DNA from: an uncultured Phycisphaerales bacterium
GTDB lineage: Bacteria > Planctomycetota > Phycisphaerae > UBA1845
Reading direction: 5' to 3'
DNA length: 64,000 bases
Assembly: GCA_965371725.1 (NCBI GenBank)
Contig: CBDUZO010000001.1
Span: 13,123-77,122, forward strand
Positions within the stretch are counted from its first letter, which is position 1; every line of letters begins with the position of its first letter. Made by a program: the position numbers and the translations under genes. The notes under the pieces were generated by a model. The model searched no databases, was not told the DNA's origin, and was given only the letters and a program-made list of their open reading frames with translations. Of this stretch, positions 62,253 through 64,000 are shown in pieces.

Positions 62253-62473
62253 CGGGTCGTTCGCAGCCTGCACGGCCACATGGTCGGTCGAAGCGGCGTG
62301 CGTCGGACCTCGTTTCGCATTATAAGCCTACTGGTCGGATTGGTCTTCCAGACATATTCTCCCGCCTGGCGCCTGGTTCCCAATCCCGAGGGACGAACCA
62401 AGGTCCGGCGGCGGCCGACGCCGTTGCTCGCAAGACGGTCGCCATCGTTCGCTTATCGACGGGCATAACGCCT

Positions 62474-63511
62474 ATGTCGTACGCTCGTGACAATCGATTC
62501 ATTGTGGAGCGCTCCGCGGCGTGCTACCTCGAGCCGGACGTCCGGAAGAGCCTGCCCCATCGCGTCGAGACAGCACTGAACGAGCTGCGCGTGTGCGATC
62601 GTGACACAGGATCTCCGCGGTGCCGCGCCTGCCCGCGCGAGTGCCGGGTAGATCGCATGGCCGACCAGCCCGGCAACTGCCGCATCGGCCGGCGTGCCCG
62701 CGTCTCCTCCGCATTCGCCCACATGGGCGAGGAGAACTGCCTTCGCGGGCGGCGTGGATCGGGCACGATCTTTTTCTCCGGATGCAATCTGCACTGCGTC
62801 TTCTGCCAGAACGCGGACCTCTCACAAGCCCCGGACGGGCACGAGGTTGATGCGAACGAACTCGCCGGTTTGATGCTGGCCCTCCAGCGGGAGGGGTGCC
62901 ACAACATCAATCTGGTCACACCGGAGCACATCGTCCCTCAGATCGTCGAGGCATTGGCCCTCGCCATCGACCTGGGATTGACGTTGCCGATCGTCTACAA
63001 CACCAGCGCCTATGACGCCCTGTCATCTCTCGGGCTGATGGACGGTTTGGTGGACATCTACATGCCGGACTTCAAGCTCTGGTCCAACGCCGCATCGGCG
63101 CGGCTCTTGAAGGCCGAGGACTACCCCCAACGCGCCCGCGAAGCCATCCGCGAGATGCACCGACAGGTAGGCGACCTTCGGTTCACGCCCGATGGCGTCG
63201 CTTGTCGCGGCGTTCTGGTCCGCCACCTGGTCATGCCCGGGATGCTCGAAGACAGCCGAGATATCTTCCGCTGGTTGGCAGCGGAGGTGTCGAAGAATAC
63301 CCACCTCAACATCATGGGGCAGTACCAGCCGTCGCATGAGGTGGGCGCGGTCCCGGCGCGGCAGAAAAACGGAGCGAGTGTTGGCCTACCCGCGGACGAG
63401 GTTGCGTATGACGAGATCAATAGACGCCCAACGCCCTCGGAGATAGAAATCGCCTACGAAGCGGCTCGCAAGGCCGGTCTGTGGCGGTTTGACGAACGCC
63501 CGATCCTATGA
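62474..63511 (+). CDS. Radical SAM protein, PflX-type (PFL-activase-like, COG1313-like)
   Basis: The start is moved to ATG 62474 (MSYARDNRF). Matches: CPRECRVDRMADQPGNCRIG, HMGEENCL, GSGTIFFSGCNLHCVFCQNADLS (CX3CX2C), NLVTPEH. Confidence 0.85.
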   Translation: MSYARDNRFIVERSAACYLEPDVRKSLPHRVETALNELRVCDRDTGSPRCRACPRECRVDRMADQPGNCRIGRRARVSSAFAHMGEENCLRGRRGSGTIFFSGCNLHCVFCQNADLSQAPDGHEVDANELAGLMLALQREGCHNINLVTPEHIVPQIVEALALAIDLGLTLPIVYNTSAYDALSSLGLMDGLVDIYMPDFKLWSNAASARLLKAEDYPQRAREAIREMHRQVGDLRFTPDGVACRGVLVRHLVMPGMLEDSRDIFRWLAAEVSKNTHLNIMGQYQPSHEVGAVPARQKNGASVGLPADEVAYDEINRRPTPSEIEIAYEAARKAGLWRFDERPIL

Positions 63512-63602
63512 GTCCATGCGATGGGCGTGGATCGGATATCAGGGCACGGAGTCATGGCTAACGGGCTAACGAGCTTGGACGATGGTCAGCCATGGGCTCG
63601 GG

Positions 63603-63617
63603 TGGCACGCGGCTTGC
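63603..63617 (+). promoter_or_regulatory. Sigma-54 (-24/-12) type promoter upstream of the MFS transporter gene
   Basis: TGGCACGCGGCTTGC matches TGGCACG-N4-TTGC exactly. It is embedded in a TGGCA-N7-TGCCA palindrome, about 125 nt upstream of ATG 63742. Confidence 0.45.
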
Positions 63618-63646
63618 CACACCTGTGCTCCAAGTAGGACAGTCCG

Positions 63647-63695
63647 CGCAGGCTGAAGCCTGCGGCTCGTCAGGGTGGTTCTATCGCCGTCATAC
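63647..63695. repeat. REP-like element (perfect hairpin CGCAGGC-TGAA-GCCTGCG plus conserved tail)
   Basis: Its reverse complement GTATGACGGCGATAGAAC...ACGAGCCGCAGGCTTCAGCCTGCG matches the left arm of the composite element at 49631-49681. Confidence 0.75.
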
Positions 63696-63741
63696 CGGCC
63701 GAGTCCTGGATGGCTTACTCACGGTTGCAGGAGATGGATTG

Positions 63742-64000
63742 ATGGACAATGCGAAGGTCATGAACCGGTGGTTCGTGGTGGCCGGTGCCATTCTGATTCA
63801 ATTGTGCCTTGGGGCGATCTATGCCTGGAGTGTGTTCACCACATCTCTAAAGGCCAGCCCAACCGACGGGGGATATGGCTTCACCGCCACCCAGACGCAG
63901 TGGATCTTCTCGGCCGGGTTGGCGACCTTCGCGTTTGTGATGCTGTTCGCGGGGCGCTGGCAGGCCAAAGTCGGCCCGCGCACGGTGGCGGCCGTCGGCG
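63742..64000 (+). CDS. MFS transporter, oxalate/formate antiporter (OFA)-like; 3' end truncated by the window edge
   Basis: Not in the ORF track because it has no stop. My translation is MDNAKVMNRWFVVAGAILIQLCLGAIYAWSVFTTSLKAS...TQTQWIFSAGLATFAFVMLFAGRWQAKVGPR. The LGxIYAWSVF string is typical of the OFA family. Confidence 0.7.
   Translation, partial: MDNAKVMNRWFVVAGAILIQLCLGAIYAWSVFTTSLKASPTDGGYGFTATQTQWIFSAGLATFAFVMLFAGRWQAKVGPRTVAAVG

Overview
GC-rich bacterial chromosomal window with about 45 protein genes in long co-directional blocks. I saw no rRNA, tRNA, CRISPR array, integrase or transposase. All calls come from reading the six-frame ORF track and the raw sequence by eye. No BLAST, HMM or RNA folding was run, so products are motif-level inferences and several start codons were re-picked by hand. 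The ORF track evidently allows GTG/TTG starts and over-extends several N-termini. Layout, left to right: (1) A minus-strand exopolysaccharide locus at 1-11946: GT4, GT26, an unknown, a Wza-like exporter, a priming sugar transferase fused to a degenerate nucleotidyltransferase-like module, a Wzc-like co-polymerase/tyrosine kinase, a second degenerate nucleotidyltransferase-like protein, and a heparinase II/III-like protein. (2) A secreted S8 protease. (3) A tightly packed plus-strand operon at 15961-25087 with three SPFH (HflK/C-like) proteins, an ABC ATPase, a NosY-like ABC-2 permease and an orphan 661-aa membrane-anchored protein. A second NosY-like permease sits divergent to it. (4) An FHA-GAF histidine kinase and uvrB. 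(5) A lipoprotein, an RND efflux operon (MFP-RND-TolC), and HAD plus ATP-grasp genes, all bracketed by two direct copies of a 128-bp double-hairpin repeat. (6) A GNAT gene flanked by matching 18-bp palindromes, then a four-subunit 2-oxoacid:ferredoxin oxidoreductase (delta-alpha-beta-gamma) behind a sigma-54-type promoter. (7) A convergent 1615-aa protein fusing an acyl-AMP/CoA ligase, roughly 750 aa of unknown sequence and a C-terminal GNAT. (8) A group-3b-type [NiFe] hydrogenase (beta-gamma-delta-alpha plus maturation protease). (9) A dense signalling cluster of 3 histidine kinases and 3 stand-alone receivers with no output domain. (10) A Zn-ADH, a PflX-type radical SAM gene and a truncated OFA-type MFS transporter. 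The best candidates for undescribed biology are the SPFH-triad/ABC cluster, the giant ligase-X-GNAT protein, the output-less phosphorelay wired to palindromic sigma-54-like sites next to the hydrogenase, and the paired pseudo-nucleotidyltransferase modules in the EPS locus. Several dispersed repeat families occupy most intergenic gaps. The phylum cannot be established from this window alone. The KOR and the NAD(P)-type hydrogenase suggest an anaerobic or facultative lifestyle.
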